Shown piece after piece: positions 36,771 to 50,198 of a stretch of DNA of 64,000 nt. The DNA comes from Mobula hypostoma (Eukaryota): the NCBI RefSeq assembly GCF_963921235.1, contig NC_086109.1, forward strand, positions 10,666,001 through 10,730,000. The letters are read 5' to 3'. Position 1 is the first letter of the stretch, and every line of letters begins with the position of its first letter. The notes beneath the pieces are model-generated. The model saw only the letters and a list, made by a program, of their open reading frames with translations, had not been told where the DNA came from and made no database searches. A program made the translations under genes and the position numbers.

Positions 36771-38009
36771 TGTGCTCACGTCACGCACACCCAGCGGACT
36801 CAGTCTTGGAACAGTAGATGACACTGCTGTTGTCTGACTGTAGACTGTGGTTATATCTTGCAATGGATGGAATTTGTCAGTATTTTTCATTGACTTCTCT
36901 CCAGAACGTCAAGGATTTGTATGTGAGATTCCACGTGCTTAATGACTGATGAAATTTGCTAAGTAATTAAATCACAACATTGGAGGAGAAATATACCAAA
37001 CATTGTGATCTCTGTATCATCCCTTTAACAGGACAAATATATGGAAATATAGAAGCTAAAACAGGCTATTCATCCTTTGAATTAAGCTACACAATACAGT
37101 CATTTATCCTCTATGTCAGTGCCATACTTCCCCGTTGTTATGTTTTTAATGTTTAAGTAATATTTAAATAATTGTGTGTGTATATATATATAGGTTGACT
37201 AAGCATTCCTGTTCATTTAAATAATTAATTTCAGGTTATATGTATAAATACGCTACCACGTGATACGTGGACGTCTCACTTAAAATAAACCCAAAGTTAG
37301 GCCCAGATTCCCAAACTCCCATATCTCACTTTGAATTAGTTTAATGTTTCAAAGTTACAAAACGTAACACATACAAAATGCTGGAGGAACTCTGCCAGCC
37401 AGGCAGCACCTATAGAGAGTAATAAAGAATCGATGCTTCGGGCTGAAACATTTCCCCCCCCCCACATCCCACTCTCCCCATATCCCTTTCATGTTTAGAT
37501 TATACTCTTGCTGGCAACCTCGTTTGATTTTTGGTTCCTCATTCCAAACTTGTACCTTTTCACAATTTCTAGTTATCCTCTGTCTTCTGAACCAGTTCGC
37601 TAAATGAAACATCTCTTGCCATCTATGGAGGTAGAGGGTTTGCTCACGTGACATGTCTTTTGTAACTCATCTCCATTAAAAGAAGAGTATTTTTGCACTC
37701 TGAACAAGAATGCTTTGTGGGGGCATATTTTAAGGTGATTGGAAGAAAATGTAGGGGGGATGTGAGAGGTATGTTTTTTACATGGAGGGTGGTGGGTGTA
37801 TGGGTTCCCATACCAAGAGTGGTGGTAGAGACAGGTCAATTAGGAATACTTAGGAGGCTCTTCGGTAGGTACATGGATGATAGAAAAGTTGGGGGGGAGG
37901 AGCTATGGGGGAGGGAAGGGTTAGACTTTGAGAGGGTTAAAGGAACAGAAGAACATTGTTGGCCAAAGGGCCTGTACTTTACAGAACTGCTCTATGTTCT
38001 CAAAATTCA

Positions 38010-40025
38010 AGATTCAAGATCCAAGGTTGTTTAATGTCATTTCCAGTACACAAGTGTAAAGGAGAATGAAATAATTGTTACTCCGGCTCTGATGCAACAC
38101 AGAAAAACACAAAGAGATAAGGAAAACAAAAATACAAAATCGATAAATATAAATATATAAGATAGCTTATGCAGATAGATTGATTGTATGCTCATAAAGG
38201 CTCTACAGTGGGCGGGTAGTCAAAACTGCCCAATGCATCACTGGCAACAGCCTGCCCGACATCAAGGACATAGATACAGAAAGGTGCCAGTAACATCATG
38301 AAAATTGCTGCTCACCCTGGCACCAGAGTGTCTGTACACAAGGTGACGGATGGGAAATGATAAAGTAGTGGTGGCTGGGCATGGGTTAGTTAGTGAGTGG
38401 AGATGCTGGTAACTGTTTTTGTGCCAAGGTCCTGGCGTGGATGCCACGTCCCCTCCTCCCTGATGGGAGTGGGGCAAGCAGTCCATGAGCTGGGTGGGTG
38501 GAATCCATCATCATGCTACTGGCTCTTTCCTGGCATCTTTCTGTACGTACGTCCTTGATGTCGGGCAGGCTGGTACTGGTAATGCGTGGGAAGTTTTGAC
38601 TACCCATTATTTAGCCTTCCTGTCCACCGCAGTGCAATTTCCATATCATGCAGTGATGCAGCTTGTTAAGATGCTCTCTGCTGTACGTCTGTAAAATGAC
38701 CATATTCATAAGTCAGAGGAGCAGAATTAGGCCACTCGGCCCATCAAGTCTGCTCAGCCATACCATCGTGGCTAATTTATTATCCTTCTCAACCCCATTC
38801 TCCTACCTTCTCTCTGTAACCTTTGACTAATCACGAACCTATCAACGTCTGCTTTAAATCTACACAATTACTTGGCCTTCACAGCCATCCATGGCAACGA
38901 ATTCTACAGATTTACCACCCTCTGGCAGAAAAAATTCCCTCATCTCTTTTCTAAATTGATGTCCCTCTATTTTCTGGCTGTGCACTCTGGTCCTAAAATC
39001 ACCTACTATCGGAAAGATGCTCTCCACATCCACCCTAAGAAGGCCTCTCAATATTCAATAGGTTTCAATAAGGTCACCTCCTTATTCGTCTGAATTCCAG
39101 TGGGTACAGGCCCAGAACCATCAAATGCTTCACATATGCTAACCTTTTCAATCCTGGAATCATTCTTGTGAACCTCATCTGGAACTTCTCCAATGCCAGC
39201 ACGTCTTTCCTTAGGTAAGGGACCCAAAGCTGCTTACTATACTCCAAGTGTGGTCTGACCTATGCCTTATAAAGCCTCAGTATTATATCCTTTTTCTTTT
39301 TCTAGTCTTCTTGAAATGAACGCTAACATTGCATTTGTCTTCCTTACCACTGACTCAACCTGCTCTTTAACCTTTAGGGAATTCTGCACGAGGACTCCCA
39401 AGTCCATTTGCACATCTGATCTTTGATTTTTCTCCCTGTTTAGAAAATAGCCTACACCTTTATTCCTTCTACCGAAGTACATGATAATACCCCTCCCTCC
39501 ACTAGATTCTGTCTGCCACTTCTTTGCCCCTTCTCCCAATCCGTCCAAATCCTTCTGCAGACGCATTGTATCTTCTGCACTATCTGTTCTTCCACCTACC
39601 TTGGTATTGTCTGCAAACTTGGCCACAAAGCCATCAATTCCATCATCAAAGTCATTAACATATAGCGTGAAAAGAAGTGACCCCGATTCTATCCCCTGTG
39701 GAACACCACTAGTCACCAGCGGCCCCCTTTATTCCGACTCCTTGCCTCCTGTAAATCTTCTATCTACGCTAGTATCTTTCCTGTAATAACATGGGCTCTT
39801 ATCTTGTTTAACAGCCTGATGTGTGGCACCTTGTCAAAGGCCTTCTGAAAATACGGATAAACATTATCAACAAACTCTTTGTTTATCCTGCCTGTTATTT
39901 CCTCAAATAATTCCGAAGGATTTATGAGACATTGACATGAGTACAGATGTTCATAGCCCAGCCCTCTTCAACCTCCTCAGAAAGTAGAAGCGTTAGTGAG
40001 CTTTCCTGATTATGTATGATGTTTT
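38010..40025 (-). mobile_element. Rex1-type LINE fragment with a nested CR1 (~38701-39925)
   Basis: LPDIKDVRTERCQERASSMMMDSTHPAHGLLAPLPSGRR (Rex). The CR1 gives TSGVPQG...AKFADNTKVGG. Rex sequence resumes near 39930. Confidence 0.8.
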
Positions 40026-40370
40026 CTATGCTCTACAGTATGCCTGTTCTGACCAGATATGTACATGTGGAAGTTTGTTATTTCCCCCAGCACAACTTTA
40101 ACCAATCAGCCTCTGTATAAATAACATGATTAATTTTGAAAACCATTTATGGATGTGGCTACAGACTGTAAAAACATTACTCAGCTTTCTCCTCGGTAGT
40201 GGTCTGTTAGCACAGTCCTGTCCTGGTAATTTTCAGAAGCCCGGCCATACCAGCAGTAGACTAGGGACTCTGATATGATTGTAGAGCACTGTATAGATAG
40301 CTTTAAAGTTGGTGTTTGGTTGTTATCAATATTCCTATTAACTAAAGCCTTTGTCTCTGGCGACACTTAC

Positions 40371-40392
40371 TGCTTCTTTCCTTGTTTCTTTC
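40371..40392 (-). other. Candidate 22-nt micro-exon
   Basis: ttttctgctttaacag|GAAAGAAACAAGGAAAGAAGCA|gtaagt: strong acceptor, consensus donor, purine-rich body. Confidence 0.4.
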
Positions 40393-40949
40393 CTGTTAAA
40401 GCAGAAAATGCCAAGGATATCACACCCTCCTTCAAACATTGTATTAATTTCTTGAGGCTGTCTTTTCATTTCTGATCACTTGTTTGTTGATTCAGAGTGG
40501 GTGCCTCCACCAGCCAAATAAATATGTAACAGTGACGTACTTGTCAATGAACTAAAGGCACTGCACACTAAGACTTAGTTTAAATTTGGTAAAACAGAAT
40601 ATCTCATACCCCAGGGTTCAGTTCTTTGGCACTGGAGTTTCTCCAAAGGTAGGAATGCGGGTTAAAGCTCCAAATAGAACATACGCTTCTGACTTACACA
40701 CAGTGGCCACATTACAGACGGTACCTAATAAAGTGGTCACTGAGTGTTTCTGTTCGTAATCTTCTGCTGTTGGTGTCCATGTGCTTCAAGGTTCGATGTG
40801 TTTAGAGGTGCCCTTCTGCACACCCCTGTTATAACATGTAGTTGTCTGATTTACTATTGCCTTCCTGTCAGGTTTAACTAGTCTGGCAATTCTCCCCTGA
40901 TCTTTCTCATTAACAGGGCTTTTTTTGCCCACAGAACTGTCACTCGCTC

Positions 40950-41480
40950 ATTTTAAGCCCATTCCCCATTCCCATTCCGACGTGTCGGTCTGTGGTTTCC
41001 TCTACCGCCGCGATCAGGCCACTCTCAGGTTGTTGGAGGACACCTCATAGTCCATCAGGGTAACCACATGAACACTGAGTTCTCTAACTTCTGCTAATTA
41101 CTCCCCCTCCCCCTTCCTTATTCACCCCTTCTCTTCTCACTTGCCCATCACCTTCCTCTGGGTCCCCTCCTCCTTCCCCTTCTCCATGGTCCACTCTCTT
41201 CTCCTATCAGATTCCTTCTTCTTCAGCCCTTTACCTTTTCCACCTATCGCCTCGCAGCTTCTCACTTTACATCCCTCCCCCGCCCACCTACCTTCCCCCA
41301 AACATGGCTCCACTTATCACCTTCTAATTTCCAGCCCTTCCCCTCCCCGCACCGTCTTATTCCGGCTTCTTCCTCCTTTCTTTCCAGTCCTGAAGATGGG
41401 CCTCGGCTCAAGACGTTCTGTTTATTCCTCTGCATCGGCGCTGCCTGACCTGCTGAGTTCCTCCAGCATTTTGTGTGTGT
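40950..41480 (+). mobile_element. Penelope-like 3' remnant
   Basis: PHSHSDVSVCGFLYRRDQATLRLLE relic; cagtcctgaagatgggcctcggctcaagacgttc at ~41384-41418. Confidence 0.75.
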
Positions 41481-42780
41481 CGCTCATTTACTTATCACAT
41501 GTACATCGAGACAAACAGTGGAATAAGTGGTTGTGTTAACAACCCAAGGGTGTGCTGGGGCCAGCTCACAAGTCTCGCTGCACGTTTCAGCGGCATCGTA
41601 GCGTGCCCGCCACGTTCAGCAGGACACAAGCAACAGCAGCAACAACTGACGTGGAAGCCGTGGATCTGTTTTCTGTTTCTCTGCATTACATTTTGTGCTA
41701 CGTGTTTTATTATGGGTTAAGGTAATTTGTCATGAGGTTTGGGGCGTGGTAGAAGTTAACCGGTATAGCCAGGTATTCACCCTTCGTGTCGTTAGCTTAG
41801 TTTAGTTAGAGGGGTGAGCCACATACACAAGGTGCTGGAGAAACTCAGCAGGGCAGGTAGCATCTATGACAAAGGGTAGACGGTCAACGTTTCACAATAG
41901 ACAATAGACAATAGGTGCAGGAGTAGGCCATTCGGCCCTTCGAGCCAGCGCCACCAGTCACTGTGATCAAGGCTGATCATCCACAATCAGTATCCAGTTC
42001 CTGCCTTATCCCCATAACCTTTGATTCCGCCATCTTTAAGAGCTCTATCCATCTCTTTTTTGAAAGCATCCAGAGACTTGGCCTCCACAGCCTTCTGGGG
42101 CAGAGGATTCCATATATCCACCACTCTCTGGGTGAAAAAGTTTCTCCTCAACTCCGTTCTAAATGGCCTACCCCTTATTCTTAAACTGTGGCCTTTGGTT
42201 CTGGACTCACCCATCAGCGGGAACATGCTTCCTGCATCCAGCGTGTCCAATCCCTTAATAATCTTTATGTTTCAATAAGGTCCCCACTTAGCCTTCTAAA
42301 TTCCAGAGTATATAAGCCCAGTCGCTCCAATCTTTCAACATATGACAGTCCCGCCATCCTGGGAATTAACCTTGTGAACCTACACTCCACTTCCTCAATA
42401 GCAAGAATGTCCTTCCTCAAATCTGGAGACCAAAACTGCACACAGTACTCCAGGTGTGGTCTCACCAGGGCCCTGTACAGCTGCAGAAGGACCTTTTTGC
42501 TCTTATACTCAATTCCCCTTGTTATGAAGGCCAACATGCCATTAGCTTTCTTCACTGCCTGCTGTATTTGCATGTTTGCTTTCAGTGACTGATGTACAAG
42601 AACACCGAGATCTCGTTGTGCTTCCCCTTTTCCTAACTTGACTCCATTTAGATAATAATCTGCCTTCCTATTCTTACCACTGAAGTGGATAACCTCACAT
42701 TTATCCATATTAAACTGCATCTGCCATGCATCTGCCCACTCACCCAACCTGTCCGAGTCACCCTGCATTCTCATAACATC

Positions 42781-44732
42781 TCTCTCTCTCTGTATCTTGT
42801 TTTACGGCGGTTGGCATCCAGCTTAATGGTGCATTACCACCACCCTCTGCTCCAGAATGTGCACTAGACATACATTCTAAATCCCTTCACCCAATCGCGC
42901 ACGCGCACGCGTACACACACACACACACAAATATATATACAAACCTACACTTCACCCTCCCATCTTTGACCATCCTAGTATCCTATTCCTGTTTATTCGT
43001 CATATTCTATAAAAAATCCTTGTACCCCTTAAAAACGCTAAAAATACCCGGACTTGTGCTCTCTCACCCATGCCCAGCAACCCTTTTAATGTGAATTCCT
43101 GCATCCCCAACTCCCTTAATTTATTTCTCATCATCTCTCTCTGTATCCCATACTTCCTGCAACACAAAACTACATGTTCTACTGACTCCTCTTCCTGACA
43201 TTCCTCACACAATCCTGTCCGGTGTTTCCCTATCATTTTCAATGTTTTGTTTAATGCACAATGCCCCAGCCTTAACCTAGTCCACACAATTTCCTCTCTT
43301 CTGTTTCCGTTACCTAACCTAGTAACTGCAATACTCTTTTGTATTTGATATAAATGCCTCCCTTTCCCCTCCCTGTCCCATCTTTCTTGCCACATTCGGT
43401 TGACTTTTTCCCAGATTACACACTTAACCTCTGCTTTACTGATACTAATGTGCATTTCCACATTTTCTTTCTTTAACGCCCTCTTTGCCAACTCATCCAC
43501 CCTCTCATTCCCCTTCACCCTTACATGTGCTGGAACCCATAGAAATTTTACCTGACCTCCCTGATTTGCAATTCTTGTAACTAACTGAAGGACTTCATAA
43601 AGTACATCTTGCCGACTGTTTGTGTGAAAAGACCTTAAACTTGCTAGAACTGAGGATGAATCTGAACATATCAATGCTTTGGCTTGTCTGGCTTTCTGCA
43701 TCCATTGCAACGCAACCAACACTGCCAGCATCTTCACTGTAAACACCCCTAACTTATTAGATGTTCTTCTGCTGATTCCAATTTCTTTTGCTGGTATTAC
43801 CACTCCAAACCCTGTCACTCCTGTTTCAGATTCCTTCGCACCATCTGTATAAATGTGAGTATAATCACTATACTTTTCCATCACATGACAGTTAAATGCA
43901 TTTACCAAATCTGTTTTATATCTTTCTTTCCTTTTTACCTCTAACAAATGCCAGTCTATGTCAGGCCATACAAGCTTCCATGGAGCTACAACCGGATAAA
44001 CTACTGAAGGACTTATCCTCAGATCAAATACTCCACATTCTTTCGCGATATCATTCCCTACCCGACTAAGGGTATCCCTCTGAAACCTCCCATTTTCCCA
44101 GCACTCCTGCAACACTCCTTTAGTAGGGTGAGAATCATTGTGCCCCTGCAAGTTAGCCCAGTAGTTTGCCATCAGTTGCATCCTTCTTAGTTCCAAAGGC
44201 ATTATTCCCATTTCTACCTGTAGGGCTGACACTGGTGATGTTTTAAAAGCCCCACTGCACACTCTCAAGGCCTGAGCCTGAATCACATCCAGTTTCCTTA
44301 TAAGAGACCTAGCTGCTGATCCATATACTATATTCCCATAATCCAATACAGATCTTACTAAAGCCACATACATTCTCTTCAAAGCTGAACAACTTGCTCC
44401 CCATTCCCTACCAGTCAAACATCTCATCACATTTATTACTTTTTTACATTTCTCCTCAACTTTCCTGATATGGTCTGCTCATGTTAATCATGAATCAAAT
44501 ATAACTCCCAGAAATTTAAATGATGCAACCCTTTCTAACTCAACCCCATACATCCTTAACTTCTTCCCTACCTCAACCTTTTTCCTGGTAAAAAATACAG
44601 TTTGAGTTTTGTCTACTGAAAATCTACATCCCCAATCATAACCCCACTCCACCACTTCATCAATTGCTTCTTGTAGTTTCCTGATTATATGGTCCATGTT
44701 CCTGCCTCTTTTCCACAAGGCCCCATCATGCG
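42781..44732 (-). mobile_element. Nimb/I-clade LINE, 5'-truncated at the RT catalytic motif
   Basis: 9-bp TSD cataacatc (42772-42780, 44733-44741); (GA)n tail; 3' ggtggtaatgcacc...ggatgccaaccgcc stem; RNase H domain. Confidence 0.88.
43000..44718 (-). pseudogene. Nimb ORF2 C-terminal part: RT thumb, RNase H, C-terminal Cys/His motif; two in-frame stops near 44480-44490
   Basis: FKFLGVIFDS*LT*ADH, YVALVRSVLDYG, IYTDGAK, CSDSSS, WVPAHVRVKGNERVDELAK, RLRLGH, CEECQEEESVEHVVLCC. Confidence 0.9.
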
Positions 44733-45954
44733 CATAACATCGTCCTCACATTTCACACTGCCACCCAGCTTTGTGTTATCCGCAGATTTACTAACGTTAC
44801 TTTTAATTCCCTCATCTAAATCATTTCGTGCTGAGAGCCTTCAGCAGGACTGGAAAGGAAGGAGAGAAGTGTTTGAAGCGATATTTTTCTGTTGACTGCT
44901 AATTACTCTCCTTTTGCTAGCTTTGTTAATTGCGTTAACTTCGTTAGTATTTCTAATTTTGAACACTCATCTTTGCTGGTTTCATAATAAAGGATCAACT
45001 GTACTTTTCTCGACTTGGAAAACCGTTATTTGGAGGTGTGTCAAAGTGTGTTGAGTCGCTCGATCAGTCTCTCAGCGGTTTTAGTTTGTTTTAAAGTAAC
45101 CGCTTCAACAGCAAAACTAAACAACTACTGTACTGATGAAATGCTTCAACTGTAGCACTCCCCAACTACTCTTCCTTTTAGCCTGTCCTTCCTAAGTATT
45201 GAATGCTCTGGAATCATTACTTGTTTAGTTTCCATCTTTGATCACCCTTCAGCCATGTTTCTGTGGGCTTAATTACGCCATGCTAACATCAGTCCCTTTA
45301 ATTGTTGTGGATGCACCTCGAACTCGCTTCGGCTTTCAACATTTTTCCATCCTCTGGGCCAATTTACTGTTTGCCTGTGTTTTCACAGTCTATTTATTTT
45401 TCTGTCTCCACATCCAGCTTTGGTATTCCTCATCCAAACTCCTTCTCCCTGATGTCTAACATCTGACAAGGGGAGGCAGTGTGTAAAGTTGCTAGCTGAA
45501 GACTTCAGCACCGAGGGTTTAATCTTGACTTCCAGTGCCATTGTGCGGAGTTTGTACACTGAGGTTCAGATTTATATGCAGATTCGGTCTCAAGATTCGG
45601 ATTCAGATTCAGGCTCACTGGATTCTGGTAAGATGGTTGCATGCTTCAAAGGGGCCAATCAATGGTGTTATTGTCTGTTTTAAATGTATTTGTTATGATC
45701 GCAAGACCTTGTTGGACATTAAGAACTTAAGGTACTTCAGGTCTAACCCTTCAGCGAGTTGCTCGTTTGTGGAGAACCTGAAGAAGCAGGACTTGTTGTG
45801 GATCATGCTGCTGTTTTTGTTAGAGAGGTGTCAGCCTAACAGTGAGAGATTGTCTTAGTCGCTTTTCTTTGACCAGAAGACCCTGTCGGACATTAGTAAT
45901 GTGGAACGCTCTAAGTCCGATTCACTGATTCATTGGCGAATGGGAGGGAAGCTG

Positions 45955-46188
45955 TGATGCACCATCAATAACGCCAAAAGAATGGAAGTAGAGTAAATAC
46001 TGAAAGGTTTTTATTAGTAGTAAGATGTGACCTCCATCATGCTGAGTATCTGCCCCGGACTGAGGAGGAGGAGCAATGGCGCAATCGCCTTTATTCAGGG
46101 GGCTGTGGGAGGAGCCACAGGAGCAGTCAGCAGAGGGGCGTGTCCAGACGGATAACCCAGTTACAACCTATATACATGGTTTACCACA
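45955..46188 (-). mobile_element. Solo LTR (234 bp)
   Basis: TG...CA termini; exact 5-bp TSD AGCTG (45950-45954, 46189-46193); minus-strand AATAAA near 46012. Confidence 0.8.
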
Positions 46189-47319
46189 AGCTGCGTAGCG
46201 AGGACTAGGCCTCGAACCGCCATGTCGCCTGTCTGCAGCCACCCAGGAGAGAGGTGTTGGAGTTGGTGCGCTCCACGAGAGCGCAGGAGTCAATGTGGTG
46301 CAGCGTCCGTGCTGGAGTCAGTGCTGCCCTCCAGTTTTTGCTCAGCAGAAGACAAGCTGTACCGTGTTTGAATGCAGACTGCTGCTACATCATGGACTCG
46401 GACTTGGACTGTATTGTTTTTGTGTGACTGTGTTTTACATAATTCCTATACAGTATGTGCTATATGTGCTTTGTGCTGTGTGAGACTGTTGGTACTGCAT
46501 TTCTCACTTTGGCCCTGAAATAACGTTGTCTACATGGGTAGTCATGTACGGTTGAATGACAATTAAACTTGAACTTAGATTCAGATTCAGATTTAGATTT
46601 ATTTATCAGATGTACAAACATAGAAGCATGTAGTGAAATGCATTGTTTACATTAACAACCAACACACTTAAGAGGGCAGACAACAAGTGTTGTCAAACAT
46701 TCTGGCGCCAACATAGCATATCTATATTGCTATGCCGAACAACACAGAACACGCTAAACAACAAAATAACAACAGATAAACAAGCCACATTCCTTGCTCC
46801 AACCCTCCCTCATACCCACATACATGACAGTCCTCAAACTTCAGGACAATCCTCTTTGTCTCCAGGCTTTGGCCATCAGTCTGTGACTTCTGGACATCCG
46901 ACTAACCTTCAGGCTCCGCTATTCAGTGTCAACTCCCCCCCAGACTAGCTGGGGGCAGGACCCTGTGGCTCAAACTCTGAGCATGCTGACTGACAAGGCC
47001 CTCCTGCTGCCTGTTCATGGATATGCACTGACCTAGGTCAGCCATGGATATCCTTCGTCCCCTTGTCCACGTCGCTGGCCCCTCGAGCATGGAACGGAGA
47101 TCTGGACACTAGAAATCCTTCATCCCATGTGCTCATCGCTGGCCTTTCAGCGCAGAGTGGAGGTCTGTTCTCCAGGCATCTTTCACAATATCTGTTCAAT
47201 GTTCTTGAATGTTTGCACCATTAATGCTAGTAGCCCGTTCAAAACTTCCTCAGCTACTTTGGTCTGACAGGGACTGAAAGAAAATAAGACTGCTGGTTTT
47301 GGAGTAGATTATACTATTG

Positions 47320-47835
47320 TAGCCATAGGTAAACCGTGTACCTTCTGCCGATATACCGTGGGGAGCATGCTAACTGGCTGCATCACTGTTTGGTAAGGAG
47401 GGGACAATGCACGGGATTGGTAGAAGTAGCAGAAAACTGTAAACTCAGCCAGCTCCATCATGGGCACTAGCCTTCCCAGCACCCAGGACATCTTCAAAGA
47501 ACAGCATCCATCATTAAGGACCCCCATCACCCAGGACGTGCCCTCTTCTTATTGCTACCCTCAAGGAGGAGGGACAGGAGCTTGAAGACACATACTCAAC
47601 ACTTTAGGAACAGCTTCTTTCCCTTCACCATCAGATTTCTGAATGGTCAATGAACCCTTGAACACAATTTTTTTTTCTTTGCTCTCTTTTCTTGCACTAC
47701 TTATTTAATTTTTATGTTTATTTTTTCTTGTAATTTATAGTTTTTTAAAATTATTAGGTATTGTACTGTACTACAGCAGCAAAACAGCAAATTTCATGAT
47801 AAACATCTGTGATATTAAACCTGATTCTGATTCTG
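47320..47835 (+). mobile_element. Rex1/Babar-type LINE 3' fragment
   Basis: TVGSMLTGCITVW...SASSIMGTSLPSTQDIFKE...KDPHHPGRALFLLLPSRRR; (tctgat)n tail. Confidence 0.8.
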
Positions 47836-49452
47836 AATCTAGGCATAATGTGCGAGCTTTTGTGATGGTAGATTAAATGAGTAAAATCTATGCCTTGAGC
47901 GGATAAGACTCTGGTTTCTGAACTAAAGGACAGATCAAGTTTTAGGTATTATTGTCTGTATTCTGACACTTCCCAAAATCTTACGGAGTCATAAATCTGG
48001 CTGAATCAGGATACAAGCAAGAGCCTGACATGGGGCTCATTGACAAGGGTGGAATTAAGGACGAAGTTGTGTAGTGGATGTAAAATTGGCTCAGTGAACG
48101 CAAGTTCAAGGTAGTGGTGAGTGAAAGGTTTATAGACTGGGAAGTATTTCACTGTGGTGCTCCACGGGATCAGACGTGAGTCCATTAATCTCTGCAGCGT
48201 CTGTATGTGGAGCAGGCCACAGGAGCAGCATTATAAAGTTTGTGGATGATTCAGTGAGTGGAAAAGTCTTGGCTCACCCAGCTGTTAGTCATCGCTGGAC
48301 GGAATGGAAGGTGGGCGGACACATGGTGAAGGCAGGACAGTGTTAAATTCATAAGCCCCTTCCCCCTCACCTGGTTTCACCTATCACCTTCTAGTCTGTA
48401 CTCCTTCCCCTCCCTCATCTTCCCATTCTGGCTTCTTCTCCCTTCCTTTCCTGTCCCAATGAAGGGCCTTGGCCTGAAACGTCAACTGTTTATTCCTCTC
48501 CATAGGTGCTGCCTGATCTGCTGGGTTTCTCCAGCATTTAGTTTGTGTTGCTCAAGATTTTCAGCACCTGCAGAGCCTCTTGTGCACGAGAATGAAGCAG
48601 CCCGCAAAGATAAAATTCTTAAAACTATAGTAACCACTCCCCCACACCCCCCCCCGATCCTTTTCCTGCATTTTTTTTCTTTTTCTCTCTCTTCCTGGTC
48701 CATCTGGCCCAGATCAATTCTTCTCTTTCTACTTCCTTGCCCTCCCCCTCTCCATCCGCCCACCACACACACACTCAACTCCCTCTAGATCCCTCGCTGC
48801 CTCCTTTGCTTTATTCCATCCTCCACTGGCCTCTCCTATCCAAATCCGTCTTTAGCCCTTTGTCACTTCCATCTATCACCACCCGCCCCCCCCAGCTTCT
48901 GACATCATTCCCACCCTTTCTCTCCCTCAACTACCTACACATGCCCCCATCACCTGGATCCACCTATCACCCCTTTTTTATACTGGCTATCTTCACCCTT
49001 TTATACTGGCTATCTCCTACAGCCCAGTCTGCCACAGGCAAAGCCCTCCCCATCACTGGACACATTTACAAGGAGCGGTACCACAAGAGAATGGCATCCA
49101 TCATCAAAGGCCCACACCATCCAGGCCATGTTGCCATTACCATCGAGTAGGAAGTACAGAAGCCTTAGCTCCCACACCATCTGATTTAGTTACACTAATA
49201 ATTCTACAACCATCAGCTTCCTAAACCAGCGTGGATAACTTTACTCACTATTCCGTACTGATTCTACCACCTGCAGACTCACTTTCAAGGACTCTTTATA
49301 ACTTACCTTCTCAGTATTATTTTTAATGCACAGTTTGTCTTCTTTTGCACATTTGTGTCCATCAGTTTTTGTCTGTTTATGTATAGTTTTTCATAAATTC
49401 TATTGTATTTCTTTTTTTTCCCCTGAAAATGCCTGCCAGGAAATGAACCTCA

Positions 49453-50198
49453 AGGTGGATTCCGGTTAATTGGGACACATTGGGACCAGTCCATTTTGGC
49501 CCAATTAAGTTGCTGCCCCAATTAGCTGAAATTTCATGGAAAGAGCTAAATAGGTATAAAAAACAAACTACCATTTAATGGAGTAACAAATAATGAATTT
49601 AAATGAAATAGAGAACAAATTAGAGCACCACCAATACTACTACAGCATAACAAAACTATATATTGGTTCCACATACCTGCCAATGCAGAAATTCATTTAT
49701 TCATGCTTTTGATAATTGCATCCTCCATAGCTTTAGTTTCATTGTAACATCCAAGATGATTGTCAACACCTTCAAATTCTTCATAGTTCCAAACCTGTTG
49801 AAGTGGTGAAATTGTTTTATTTTTACTTCTGGCCGTCTCTACATTTCCAAGTCTGAATGATTGAAACCATAGTGAACAAAACGGTTCTGAGTTGTCTCGC
49901 TGCTTGATTCTCGCCAACTGTCAGTGACAAAAATCGCAGCTTTTTGAATATAAACGCACACAACTGACACTATTTAAAAACTGCTTTCTCGAAGCATGAC
50001 TTAGTGTCTAATGTATGTCCATGCAAATGCACGCAACTGACGCTAGTTGGAAACAGTCCGGTACCGGTTTGTTGTCCCAATTAATAGTGTTCCAAATAAA
50101 GGAAGGAAATACCACTTTTTTTTATTTGTTCTTTAAGAGTTGTCCCAAATAAGCAGTTGCCCTGATTAACCGGTGGCCCAATTAACCAGAATCTACTG
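49453..50198. mobile_element. Tigger/pogo-like MITE
   Basis: TIRs aggtggattccggttaattggg / cccaattaaccagaatctactg followed by TA. Confidence 0.7.

Larger units (their letters stand above)
41894..44827 (-). mobile_element. 5'-truncated CR1 inserted in a Penelope-derived unit and itself split by a Nimb LINE
   Basis: CR1 tail at 41894; ORF 42265..42774 MQGDSDRLGEWADAWQMQFN...; CR1 resumes at 44733-44827 (SKSADNTKLGG). Confidence 0.9.
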
